A stretch of DNA of 62,720 nt, the filler included, from Asterionella formosa (lineage: Eukaryota): the NCBI GenBank assembly GCA_002256025.1. It is 17 parts of 17 records of this genome, joined end to end, with 100 filler letters (N's around TTAATTAATTAA, not from the genome) between each part and the next. Parts side by side here need not be neighbours in the genome. Positions count along the whole stretch, not along the records: positions 1 to 1,921 come from NKIB01000852.1; positions 2,022 to 3,942 come from NKIB01000853.1; positions 4,043 to 5,966 come from NKIB01000854.1; positions 6,067 to 7,986 come from NKIB01000855.1; positions 8,087 to 10,006 come from NKIB01000856.1; positions 10,107 to 12,024 come from NKIB01000857.1; 11 more parts are not named here. One strand, written 5' to 3'. A program made the translations under genes and the position numbers. The notes below the pieces were generated by a model. That model saw nothing but the letters and a program-made list of their open reading frames with translations, had not been told where the DNA came from and did not search any database. Of this stretch, positions 1-12,124 are shown in pieces. How positions within the stretch are numbered: position 1 is the stretch's first letter; each line of letters opens with the position of its first letter.

Positions 1-479
1 TTTAGAAGGTTCTTTAAAGCTGACAATGACCGGAAAGGGAACAATGCGACTGTGAGTGATCGCATCATCAATGATAGATGAATCACAATGGAAGCACAAT
101 TATGCAACAATCAACAACAAATGCACCATTCTATTTCTTCATTGTTCCAATCAATGGCTACTTCGGGACTACTTGCAGCATTTGCAACAACCTCATTCCA
201 TTCCAATAAACAGAAGAATGTAATGAATTGAATATTATGTTAGGATGAAATCGAAAATTCGGTCAGCCAGCATGGGCGGAAGCACACACCAATCAACAAC
301 ATGCATACCCAAGCTTCTTTTTCCTTTCTAGTGCACACATTGCTAATGCAGCTCGCCGGTTATCATCTGGCTCTTTGCGCTTAGCAGTATTTGTCAATGC
401 TCTTTGAGAGAAACGACGGCTTCTAGTTCCTGTTGTCGTAGCGCTGCGAGAAGGTCACCCTACTCGCGCCATCCCAGTC

Positions 480-1921
480 GAGTACACATGTATACGAGAA
501 GGCAAGTAGCCGCCGAGAAGGGTATTGTTGAGTTAATTCCCGCTCTAGCTATCGTCGCGTCATTCGCTTACCTACTGCCCACTAATTTAGCATAAATGTC
601 AATTTTAGCCTACTATTGCCCATCATATAAAATATATTTTGGATATTTCCTATCTTCACCTCGAAAATTGCCAAAGGTCCGATATTGCCCATCATTAAAA
701 TATATTTTATATATTTCATATGTTCGCATTTTGGCAAGACAACAGACACCAATTGCCCCTCGGTTTTCCAGCCCTGGGAATGCCGAAATCGGCAAGGGGT
801 CTACTTAAGGAAACCATTTTATAGACTATAAAGATTCTAATAATTTATATCTAGAATTCACCTCGTTTTTGTTCGTCTCCTGAAAAGTGGACTTCGGCAA
901 TTCACCTTTCACCATGCCAGTCGTCGTCCATCATGACCGGTTTGAAGCGAAATCAGTTCCGCGATGACGCCAGTAGCGATTCTTTGCCTAACGGACGCGG
1001 TTGATTGTTGGATTGCTTGTCTTCTCGAGGTATTCATGTAGTCGCATCGTCCATATTTCGTCGGACGCACGATGATATCGATACATCTGATGTTGGTAAA
1101 AAGTTTTTGTTCCGGTCATGTATGTAATGATGCTTAACGGATATTCTACCGGTACCGGCAGTCAATAGTCTACATACGTACGTGGTACTAAAAACAACCA
1201 TGCATGCTTTAACGCTTACTTTGAACACGTTATAATATTATCTCTGTAGACTCGGTATTATTTTTACGAGACCTGAAATGTTGAATTATATCGTTCACAT
1301 ATTCATTGATTTTACGTACCGTATGCCCGATTTCGTCCTCACAAATATAGTTCTCACTCTATCTTGCCTGCCTTTGCTCTATTCGGGCTTGCAATAGGCA
1401 ACGTTCGTCTTTCCTTTATCCCATCGTCTGCTGCTTGTTATGCTAGTTGAAGCGGATAAGTGAGTACGACAGTGAAATACTGAATATGGATTGTAGATCG
1501 TATTTATCGACTTTCCGATTTGATTGCTTCCGTGGTTTGTTTTGATCGCTTCCATCGTTGTTTGTCGTTACGCACTGTCGTTTTGTTTCGATTGTACATA
1601 TCTACATGAGAACCAATGCATTTATCAATGACTACTCATTGAAGATGTGGTATTGTGCCGTTGTTGATCGTATTTGTTGATTTGTATAGTTGTTGCTTGA
1701 CAATGATGTCAATATTGCCGCCAAGCAATGCATTTCTTGTACTAACGCGCTTTGCTACAATTCTACTACGAGTTCGTATCAGAAGCTACATGAAGAATAC
1801 TCAGCTAGAGAGAGTCAATAGTTCTGGAGCAGCGTGGCGATCACGCTTGCTCAGAATGGAATGATCAGGGTTGCTTGTTTGGTGGGCAGCGGAGAGGAAT
1901 GACTGTGGCGGAAATACTGCT
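480..1921 (+). mobile_element. Dispersed non-coding repeat family A (putative non-autonomous TIR element), left and central part
   Basis: Aligns by eye with 45340-46370, 50890-52255 and the reverse complements of 10107-10920 and 59520-60265. No credible ORF. Confidence 0.85.
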
Positions 1922-2021
1922 NNNNNNNNNNNNNNNNNNNNNNNNNNNNNNNNNNNNNNNNNNNNTTAATTAATTAANNNNNNNNNNNNNNNNNNNNNNN
2001 NNNNNNNNNNNNNNNNNNNNN
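1922..2021. other. Artificial contig linker (44 N + TTAATTAATTAA + 44 N); 16 such linkers in the window
   Basis: The same 100-nt spacer with stops in all six frames starts at 1922, 3943, 5967, 7987, 10007, 12025, 14042, 16058, 18070, 20086, 22102, 52658, 54672, 56684, 58696 and 60709. Confidence 0.98.
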
Positions 2022-3784
2022 GGCCCTGAAGTGTCCACGAAAATCCGTTCACCGGGTAGTACAGCCTGTACAGTCGACACTTTTGAAACTGCCTTTGCTT
2101 TCGCCTTTGCCTTAGAGCATCCGTCACATGACCGGAGGGTACCAGTAAGTTCTATCTTCAGTGCTTTGAACGTAGCACGTAGTGCGGCTTCCCCAATATG
2201 CCCGTAGATATCGTGTGCCTCGTTGATATCCTGTGACTTCATTTTGTCCTCCCCACTCATAACTGTATGGGTGTTTGTAGACAAGTTTTTGGTACTATCG
2301 GCCCCCTGGGGCAATGGGGCAATAACCATGGATACGACATCGGCATAACTCGCGCGACTTCCTTTAAAATAATAGAGAACTCCATTGGTCTCTCTGTTAA
2401 ATGAAATATGTCCTCCACGACCTTTCTTAACGGTCATTGTAGACCCTGTGACTGAAAGGTCAAAACCGTCGCGGATTAGGACGCCCAAACTGACGATGTT
2501 CTTGTGAAACTTAGGCGTGTACAGGACATCCTTCAATGTCATAGTCTTCTCTCCGTTGGTGAGCTTGATGTCACCGCGTTTTGTGCATTTAATTTCCGAG
2601 CCATCGCCGACAACAACTGTGACACTGACTGGGCGTACATTTGTCATACCAACATCACTCATTGTGATATGGGCGGTAGCTCCAGTATCAGCGAGCCAAT
2701 TCTCCTGTAGGGCAATAGAGCGAGGAGCAACAGCAGAGGCACAAAACTCTTTATTATTAAATTTTACATCGCAATCATCAATAATTTCCTCGCAAATACC
2801 GACAAAAGTCCACTTTTTATCGTCGTTCTCGTTGTACTTGTCATTCATATCTTGTTTCTTTTCGTTTGCTTCGATGTCTTCGTAGTCAATTATACACATG
2901 CCAACAAACATGCCGGTCTCTTTCGTTGTAGTACGTTCTCGTTTGGGTTCAGGGCAATCTTTTGCGATATGTCCGGCATGCTTGTTGCAATTGAAACACT
3001 TGACGCCTTTCGGAGGAGGCCTGTTTCCGTCGCCGTGTGTCTTGTTCTTGACTCGACAATCGGCTGCCTTGTGTCCTTGCTTGCCGCAAGAGCGGCAGAG
3101 TCCTTTGAACTTAGTTCCAAAGGCAGCAAGAGCAAGTTCGCCATCCGACTTTTCGTTCTTAAACTTGCGTTTGAAGAACGCACGTATCTTGGCCTTAAGG
3201 TCTTCTAGTGTTAAGGAGGGCATAGCCTCAACCATTGTTACCACTTCTGAGTACTCCTTAGGTAGTTTGTCAAGTATGTGGGCAATCATATCGAGATCCT
3301 TCTTTTCGTAAGCAGAATCATTCGTCGCCATTCGATTCCTCAACAACTCGAGTTGGATGAACCACTCATCTGGGTCTTGCGTCTTCCCCTCACAGATACA
3401 CTTGTTGAACTGTCCTGACAGTTGGATTAAGTCGCTTGTAGCATTAGGAACATAGCGAGCCTTGAGGTAGGTCCAAGCAAGGAATGCATCGCCGTCTTGA
3501 TGATTCTTTGTCTTGGCTTGGTTAACCAAACCAAACGCAATCCCAGTGCAACTCATAATCAGGAGCTGGTATGCGCGATCATTCATCTCGTAGATCTTCT
3601 TGACATCGTCTTTGTCTGTAGTTTCGTAGACAGCATCGCTGCATGGATTGGTATCCTTCATGTAGGCATTCTTGAATCCTCTTGTCTTGGCTAGTGCAAG
3701 TGTCTTCACACTCCACTCATGCCAATTGGCGTCCTCGCCATCAAACTTCACAAGGCGAATGGTCTCACCTTTGTCTTCAGTCAT
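2022..3784 (-). CDS. Ty1/Copia gag-pol polyprotein, N-terminal part (Gag, two CCHC knuckles, protease, GAG-pre-integrase), cut by contig end
   Basis: CRSCGKQGHKAADC and CFNCNKHAGHIAKDC knuckles, WLADTGATAH protease motif, AH..YGH...CDGC integrase zinc motif, RIFVDTSG at the start of the integrase core. Confidence 0.95.
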
Positions 3785-3816
3785 GTTGCAAAACGAAGTT
3801 GATCCGCTTGCAAGCG

Positions 3817-3942
3817 TGTTAAATTCTTCTGCAGTCTGACTGCAATGCTAGCTCTTTCTAGACAAGCTCAGTGTATTAAAACCTTCTGTTCTAATCCCAC
3901 CTTATTGTGAGCTTATTTGATCTATCTTGTAATCGTTCACAT
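3817..3942 (-). repeat. 3' part of the 5' LTR of the Copia element (ends ...TTTAACA on the minus strand)
   Basis: CA terminus about 32 nt upstream of the gag ATG; same sequence at 5838-5966. Confidence 0.6.
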
Positions 3943-4042
3943 NNNNNNNNNNNNNNNNNNNNNNNNNNNNNNNNNNNNNNNNNNNNTTAATTAATTAANN
4001 NNNNNNNNNNNNNNNNNNNNNNNNNNNNNNNNNNNNNNNNNN

Positions 4043-5805
4043 GGCCCTGAAGTGTCCACGAAAATCCGTTCACCGGGTAGTACAGCCTGTACAGTCGACA
4101 CTTTTGAAACTGCCTTTGCTTTCGCCTTTGCCTTAGAGCATCCGTCACATGACCGGAGGGTACCAGTAAGTTCTATCTTCAGTGCTTTGAACGTAGCACG
4201 TAGTGCGGCTTCCCCAATATGCCCGTAGATATCGTGTGCCTCGTTGATATCCTGTGACTTCATTTTGTCCTCCCCACTCATAACTGTATGGGTGTTTGTA
4301 GACAAGTTTTTGGTACTATCGGCCCCCTGGGGCAATGGGGCAATAACCATGGATACGACATCGGCATAACTCGCGCGACTTCCTTTAAAATAATAGAGAA
4401 CTCCATTGGTCTCTCTGTTAAATGAAATATGTCCTCCACGACCTTTCTTAACTGTCATTGTAGACCCTGTGACTGAAAGGTCAAAACCGTCACGGATTAG
4501 GACGCCCAAACTGACGATGTTCTTGTGAAACTTAGGCGTGTACAGGACATCCTTCAATGTCATAGTCTTCTCTCCGTTGGTGAGCTTGATGTCACCGCGT
4601 TTTGTGCATTTAATTTCCGAGCCATCGCCGACAACAACTGTGACACTGACTGGGCGTACATTTGTCATACCAACATCACTCATTGTGATATGGGCGGTAG
4701 CTCCAGTATCAGCGAGCCAATTCTCCTGTAGGGCAATAGAGCGAGGAGCAACAGCAGAGGCACAAAACTCTTTATTATTAAATTTTACATCGCAATCATC
4801 AATAATTTCCTCGCAAATACCGACAAAAGTCCACTCTTTATCGTCGTTCTCGTTGTACTTGTCATTCATATCTTGTTTCTTTTCGTTTGCTTCGATGTCT
4901 TTGTAGTCAATTGTACACATGCCAACAAACATGCCGGTCTCTTTCGTTGTAGTACGTTCTCGTTTGGATTCAGGGCAATCTTTTGCGATATGTCCGGCAT
5001 GCTTGTTGCATGTGAAACACTTGACGCCTTTCGGAGGAGGCCTGTTTCCGTCGCCGTGTGTCTTGTTCTTGACTCAACAATCGGCTGCCTTGTGTCCTTG
5101 CTTGCCGCAAGAGCGGCAGAGTCCTTTGAACTTAGTTCCAAAGGCAGCAAGAGCAAGTTCGCCATCCGACTTTTCGTTCTTAAACTTGCGTTTGAAGAAC
5201 GCAAGTATCTTGGCCTTAAGGTCTTCTAGTGTTAGGGAGGGCATAGCCTCAACCATTGTTACCACTTCTGAGTACTCCTTAGGTAGTTTGTCAAGTATGT
5301 GGGCAATCATCTCGAGATCCTTCTTTTCGTAAGCAGAATCAATCGTCGCCATTCGATTCCTCAACAACTCGAGTTGGATGAACCACTCATCTGGGTCTTG
5401 CGTCTTCCCCTCACAGATGCACTTGTTGAACTGTCCTGACAGTTGGATTAAGTCGCTTGTAGCATTAGGAACATAGCGAGCCTTGAGGTAGGTCCAAGCA
5501 AGGAATGCATCGCCGTCTTGATGATTCTTTGTCTTGGCTTGGTTAACCAAACCAAACGCAATCCCAGTGCAACTCATAATCAGGAGCTGGTATGCGCGAT
5601 CGTTCATCTCGTAGATCTTCTTGACATCGTCTTTGTCTGTAGTTTTGTAGACAGCATCGCTGCATGGATTGGTATCCTTCATGTAGGCATTCTTGAATCC
5701 TCTTGTCTTGGCTAGTGCAAGTGTCTTCACACTCCACTCATGCCAATTGGCGTCCTCGCCATCAAACTTCACAAGGCGAATGGTCTCACCTTTGTCTTCA
5801 GTCAT
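4043..5805 (-). pseudogene. Second copy of the same Copia gag-pol with a premature stop (CGA to TGA at ~5074)
   Basis: Near-identical to 2022-3784; the ORF is split into 5074-5805 and a downstream part. Confidence 0.92.
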
Positions 5806-6195
5806 GTTGCAAAACGAAGTTGATCCACTTGCAAGCGTGTTAAATTCTTCTGCAGTCTGACTGCAATCATGCTAGCTCTTTCTAGACAAGCTCAGTGAAT
5901 TAAAACCTTCTGTTCTAATCCCACCTTATTGTGAGCTTATTTGATCTATCTTGTAATCGTTCACATNNNNNNNNNNNNNNNNNNNNNNNNNNNNNNNNNN
6001 NNNNNNNNNNTTAATTAATTAANNNNNNNNNNNNNNNNNNNNNNNNNNNNNNNNNNNNNNNNNNNNAAGCTAGTACTATAACAGCGATCCTACTAGCACT
6101 GGTAAGCACCCCCTCTCACCATGGAGGGCGATGTATATTTACAGCCGCGCAATCAAATCAGACCTCTCTTGCTACAAAATCTCTACACTGTATGC

Positions 6196-6428
6196 AATGA
6201 GCTACAAACATATGAAAGAATCAACAGAAACAACAAGACACTCAAGGAGCTTGACGAAAATGAATGGAATGCAACAACATGCATCCTCATTCAATTGAAG
6301 AGCGCATTTGTCGATGTACTGGCATCGGAAGCAAGGCTCCACTGGCGCTATGAGCTACGCAATGAGCTAAAAACACATGAAAAAAATAAACAGAAACAAC
6401 AAGAAACTCAAGGAGCTTGACAAAATGG
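6196..6428 (+). repeat. Imperfect direct repeat of ~68 bp, two copies (6196-6263 and 6360-6428)
   Basis: caatgagcta.aaaca.atgaaa.aat.aacagaaacaacaaga.actcaaggagcttgac occurs twice. Confidence 0.75.
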
Positions 6429-8462
6429 CTGGAATAAGATGCATTATTCATTCAAGAAAAGTCATGATGATCATGTCATGCACCACATTTCATTTTGATC
6501 CAAACAGATACTAATGCTGCACAATATTATCAGAGTATGCCATAAATACCACAAAAGGCAAGGCAAACACATGGGAGGCAAATAAATGCCTCATTAAAAG
6601 ATCAAACCAAGCCATCTGTCTTCTCCTGCTCAGTCATCAAGATATGGGGGCAGATTAACTCGCCAGTGCCAGAATATGGCATTTACAACACACATAATTT
6701 CCCCTACTCTCATTCGAGAGAATATACCCACCCTTTCCCCGCCTTACAGCGCCCAAAGTCACCACGTTTGTTGGGTTGATTTAGGGTAGGTTAAGATTTT
6801 TATACAACCTGGGCTGTCAATGCTAGGAAGCGCCATGCGGGCTACCCAACTAACACTTGAGTAGTCTTAAGGCGCTTAATGAATGAAGTTAACAATACTC
6901 CTAGAGTAACCACATGTTTTGGGATGAATATTACTAGAGATATGTTGATTATGTTTCAAACAAGAACGTTGTTCCTTGGCAAGCATGTATGGATGAGCGA
7001 TGTTCATACTAGCTGAGCTTAAACTGACCAATTGTGCCTGTTCTTGAGATAAGAAAGAGGTCAAAAGGTAGCTAGCTGTCGCAAAATTTTGGGTCAAATC
7101 AGATTACCCGCCATGTTGAGGCGGTAATACATTTTTGAAACTGCTCATTCAAGCTATTTTAATTATTTATTGATTCTTTGTTAATTATTTAGTTTCTTTT
7201 GTTTCTATGTTTATTTTCTTTGATTGATCATCAATATAACATCATCATGGAGTGGGCGGTCCAATGTAACATTAATAATTACAATCAATTACCAGTATAT
7301 ATCAAGGTGGTAATGATGAACATCAGGAAACAGTATCCATGAAGACTTTATAGCAGAATTTACCAGCAGAAGTTTACCAGGATGATATAAATATATGTTA
7401 ATTGTTTCAATTCTCCTTTGGCCGGCATTATCATAATCATTGAAACAGATGAAGATTGTTGATTTTTAAAACTTGCTGTTTCTTATTCCCTTCTATATTA
7501 TGAAACAAAATTCATTGTCGAATATGTAAATACAGAAAACTCACAATTGCGCGCTCGATACATACTACTACTATGGCGATTTCTCGATCCCTCATTGTCG
7601 CATCAAGACACGACTTTTTCGAACAGATGCGCTGCTCCACGATATAGCATCATCTACAAGAGACCGAATTCAAAGAATAATTATTGATTTATAATTAAAT
7701 ATTTATCTGTTTAAAATGTCTCTCATCATCGTCGTAACGTTGTCTATGAACAACGACACTGGCATAACGTTGATACAACCTAGCAGCCAGCAATTATTGT
7801 ATGACATACATATTTTATGTGTGAGGATTGCCAAACAACAAGTGGCGATTGTCAAGAGTTGGTCATACAACAAATGTAATTTAATATATGACGTAAACCA
7901 TCAACACAACAAATAATCATAGTTCTATATGATAGTGTCAAATCTGCTCAAACCATCGTTGTTTTAGAAACTGTGCATTTCTAAATNNNNNNNNNNNNNN
8001 NNNNNNNNNNNNNNNNNNNNNNNNNNNNNNTTAATTAATTAANNNNNNNNNNNNNNNNNNNNNNNNNNNNNNNNNNNNNNNNNNNNCCGAAATGAAGTTT
8101 TTGATAATAAATCGTCATTATGGCGATTGCCCTCCTAAAAGGCCTTGGATATTTTTAGATGATTCAGCTTTTTGAATTCGTCCATTTTGGGAGTTGATTT
8201 GAAAGAGGGTATAGTTGTCGTCGTTATATACGACGCCTTCAAGTCGTTGGTCCCCTCATTAAAATTAGCAAGGGCAAGGTTATCTGCACCACGACCATAT
8301 TAGTTGTAGAAGCAAACCAATCAACGAATGCATCAGCAGTCCCCCCTGATGTACAAGTGACAAGGATTTGAAAGAGGGCATAGTTGTCAGTCATTATATA
8401 CGTCGCCTTCAAGTGGTGGTACATTTCAAATCAATGACCGGGTATCACTTTCAAGATGATGG

Positions 8463-8888
8463 TGTTGGAGTTGTGCATCAGTTTTATGTGATTGCCAAGT
8501 GAGATGTGATGTCAAGAATATAGCATCAATGGCTATAATGAGTCACAAGGACTGTGGACTCGATTATAGTCCAATGAGTCAAATGGTGCGTTCCCATGTC
8601 AAGAAGCTTGCTAACGAGATTGATGTCTTAGATCAATCAGAAGAAGGTTTACATCAACGAAAAGGGAACACGAAGAACAGGTTCTCGAAGTGTGATGAAT
8701 GGGATTGAAACTTAGTTTTAGTTTAATCTTATAATTAAGAAACAGTGAGAATTGACAGAGTAAGGTCAATAGCGAAAACTAGCACGAAGGCTAGCAGCAG
8801 AAAGAAGATAACAATACTAGTGGTATTGCAGGTAAGTTCTACGTAAGAGGAACCCGTCAGACGGGAAGGAGTACGAGACCTTTCAACA
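8463..8888 (+). repeat. Putative 5' LTR of a second Copia family (TGTTG...CAACA)
   Basis: Inverted termini tgttg and caaca, ending 44 nt before the gag ATG. The left boundary is inferred from the terminus only. Confidence 0.6.
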
Positions 8889-8932
8889 CGCTTTAAAGCG
8901 TTCACTTTAAGGCCACAGGCTACTCAGGAACC

Positions 8933-10006
8933 ATGGGAAGTGACGAAGACACGTCAGTGAGGTTGCCGACATTCGATGGGCAAGATGCTAAATGGCACAT
9001 GTGGAAAGCGAAGTTTCTCGCATACGCGTGCTACAAGAACTTTCAAGAAATACTTAACGGTGACGAACTACCAAGAGGAGAGAAAGACCTAAAGGGCGAT
9101 ACGATCGTGTTGTCGGATGCTGACGAGAGACGCATCCGAAGGAGCAACACAGTTGCTTACGCAAGTCTGATAATGGCATGCCAGAGTGGGCCATTCGGAC
9201 ACGTAAATAATGCAAGAAGTGCCGAGTTTCCTAACGGCAATGCTAAAGAAGCATGGGACAAGCTCATTTCGACGTATGAGTCAGGCAACATGGCGAACGT
9301 CATTGCCTTGTCCCACCAATGGACGAAGTGCACTCTAGGGGAAAACGAGAACCCCGACAGCTGGTATGTGGAGTTGGATCGAATCCGGGAACGATTGGGC
9401 AATACAAGCTCTGCCGTTTCGGATGGTGCCTATGTGGCACACATGATCAACAACCTACCTGAAAGCTACAAGAGTTTGGTAGTAGGAAGGTTCGGCCTGG
9501 CGCGCAACACGCTAACGGTCGAAGAGATTAAGACAGACATCCGGGACTACTACGATCTATATGTCCGGGATGACGTCAAAACGACTGACAAGAACAAGAG
9601 TGAACAGGCCTTCTACACGAAAGGGAAGTTCAAAGGTGACTGTCGTAAGTGTGGCAAGTATGGCCACAAGGCGGCTGAATGTCGCAGCAAGGGCAATAGT
9701 GCCGACAAGAAGGAGCTCACTCCTGAGCAGAAAGAAAAGAGGAAAACGATTAAGTGTTTCAAGTGCCAACGCATGGGACACTACGCAAGTGAGTGCACCA
9801 GTAACAGTGCATCTAAGAATAATAGAAACGAAGAGAACAACACGACTACATCTACCCAGCATGGAATGTTCGTCGCCAGCACGTGCGTCGAAATTAGTTA
9901 CAACGAGGAAGTCAACCTCGCTCGTGACGTCAGAAATCGCTGGTTGTTAGACAGCGGTGCTACCGTTCACATCTGCACGGACGTGCGCATGATGGAAGAC
10001 AAGAAA
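8933..10006 (+). CDS. Ty1/Copia gag-pol of a second family (Gag, two CCHC knuckles, protease), cut by contig end
   Basis: LPTFDG..KWHMWKAKF gag start, CRKCGKYGHKAAEC, CFKCQRMGHYASEC, WLLDSGATVH. Confidence 0.95.
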
Positions 10007-10106
10007 NNNNNNNNNNNNNNNNNNNNNNNNNNNNNNNNNNNNNNNNNNNNTTAATTAATTAANNNNNNNNNNNNNNNNNNNNNNNNNNNNNNNNNNNNNN
10101 NNNNNN

Positions 10107-10955
10107 TTCAGATCTCGTAAAAATAATACCGAGTCTACAGAAATTATATTATTACGTGTTCAAAGTAAGCGTTAAAGCATAGCTTAAACCATGCATGGTT
10201 GTTTTTAGTACCACGTACGTATGTAGACTAGATGACTGTCGGTACCGGTAGAATATCAGTGAAGCATCATTACATACATGACCGGAGCAAAAACTTGCCA
10301 CCAACATCAGTTGTATCGATATCATCGTTCGTCCGACGAAATATGGACAATGCGACTACATGAATACCTCGAGAAGACAAGCAATCCAACAATCAACCGC
10401 ATCCGTTAGGCAAAGAATCGCTACTGGCGTCATCGCGGAACTGATTTCGCTTCAAACCGGTCATGATGGACGACAAATGGCATGGTGAAAGGTGAATTGC
10501 CGGAGTCCACTTTTCAGGAGACGAACAAAAACGAGGTGAATTCTAGATATAAATTATTAGAATCTGTATAGTATATAAAATGGTTTCCTTAAGTAGACCC
10601 CTTGCCGATTTCGGCAATCCCAGGGCTAGAAAACCGAGGGGCAATTGGCGTCTGTTGTCTTGCCAAAATGCGAACATATGAAATATACAAAATATATTTT
10701 AATGATGGGCAATTTTCGAGGTAAAGATAGGAAATATCCAAAATGTATGTAAAATGTATGTATTCTATATGATGGGCAATAGTAGGCAAAAATTGACATT
10801 TATGCTAAATTTGTGGGCAGTAGGTAATCGAATGACGCCACGATAGCTAGAGCGGGAATTGCCTCAACAATACCCTTCTCGGCGGCTACTTGCCTTCTCG
10901 TATACATGTGTACTCGCAGGCAAGAGACCACCTCGGGCGTGTATTGCCTTCAGCA
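10107..10955 (-). mobile_element. Repeat family A copy (left part)
   Basis: Reverse complement of 45300-46155. Confidence 0.85.
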
Positions 10956-10979
10956 GGCAGGGAACCTTGCTTATTTCAT

Positions 10980-11720
10980 AATTCGGATGAGGAATGATTT
11001 CCAGCAGGACGAGTTAGAGAGTTTGTAGCGGCCATGGCGATACCAGAGGAAATGAAAGATTCAGCTCCGCTGAACACACAGGATTTCACCAAAGGAATAC
11101 GAGAATGGAAGGAATCCACCTCTACTTCACTGAGTGGGAGGCATTTAGGACAGTACTATAAATTGCTTGGCTCTACAGGACATGGAACTTTGTTAGGTTA
11201 CTTGAAAATGATAAATTTGCCAGTCTGATCTGGGTTTTCTCCAAATATATGGTAAAATGCAACGTCAGTAATGTTGGAAAAAGACAAAGGCGACCCAAAG
11301 ATACACCGCCTCAGGATTATCCACTTGTTTGAGGAAGACTATAACTTGTTTTTAAAACTGATTTGGGGATGTCACATAATCGTGTTATTAAAATCTTACT
11401 TTTGACGTAGCAAGACAACAACAAAGATTGACTCTTGCGCTATTTGACAATGATGCTGCATGCTGCTATGATTGAATACTGGTAAATTTAGCTATGCCCT
11501 GTTCAAGGAGGTTGGGGGAGCCTCCAGTGGCTAGCTATATTGGCTCTCTTGGAGAGACTTTACGTCTTATGAAATTTATGATCAAAACAGTGTATGGAAC
11601 CTCCCAGGGCTATTATCAAAGTACAGATCAAGAAAAGTTAGCGGGAACAGGAGGTCAAGGGAGGAGGAGTGGCGCATCCCCAGCATTGTGGCTTTCATTA
11701 TTCATAGTTCTACTCATACT
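10980..11720 (+). pseudogene. Degenerate non-LTR retrotransposon reverse transcriptase fragment (diatom Ambal-like)
   Basis: Motifs across frames with stops and frameshifts: WKESTSTSLSGRHLGQY, VMLEKDKGDPKIHRLRIIHLFEEDYNL, FDNDAACCYD, GQG..SGASPALW. Confidence 0.8.
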
Positions 11721-11770
11721 AGTACTAGCGTACAAAAGGAATGATCAATACGACCAGAAGAATATGAGGT

Positions 11771-12010
11771 TGGTCAGCCAGGAACAATCGTATGCTGTAA
11801 AAATATATATTCAGGAAGAGATGCAAGTCTAACAACAATCGAATACAAATCTGCAGAAAAAGTACAAAATCGTTGGGGATGTTATCCAATGGTCAGTCAG
11901 GAACAAGCGTATGCTGTAAAAATATATATTCAGGAAGAGACACAAGTCTAACAGCAATCGAATACAAATCTCCAGAAAAAGTACAAAATCGTTGGGGATG
12001 TTATCCAATG
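11771..12010 (+). repeat. Tandem duplication of ~119 bp, two copies
   Basis: ggtcag.caggaacaa.cgtatgctgtaaaaatatatattcaggaagag...gttggggatgttatccaat occurs twice. Confidence 0.9.
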
Positions 12011-12124
12011 ATCCACAGGGCAGCNNNNNNNNNNNNNNNNNNNNNNNNNNNNNNNNNNNNNNNNNNNNTTAATTAATTAANNNNNNNNNNNNNNNNNNNN
12101 NNNNNNNNNNNNNNNNNNNNNNNN

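Noticed and set aside
1922..2021. Regularly spaced TTAATTAATTAA as a biological repeat or CRISPR-like array
   Set aside because: It is embedded in Ns and is an artificial linker. Adjacent contigs are not physically linked, so no cross-contig synteny was inferred.
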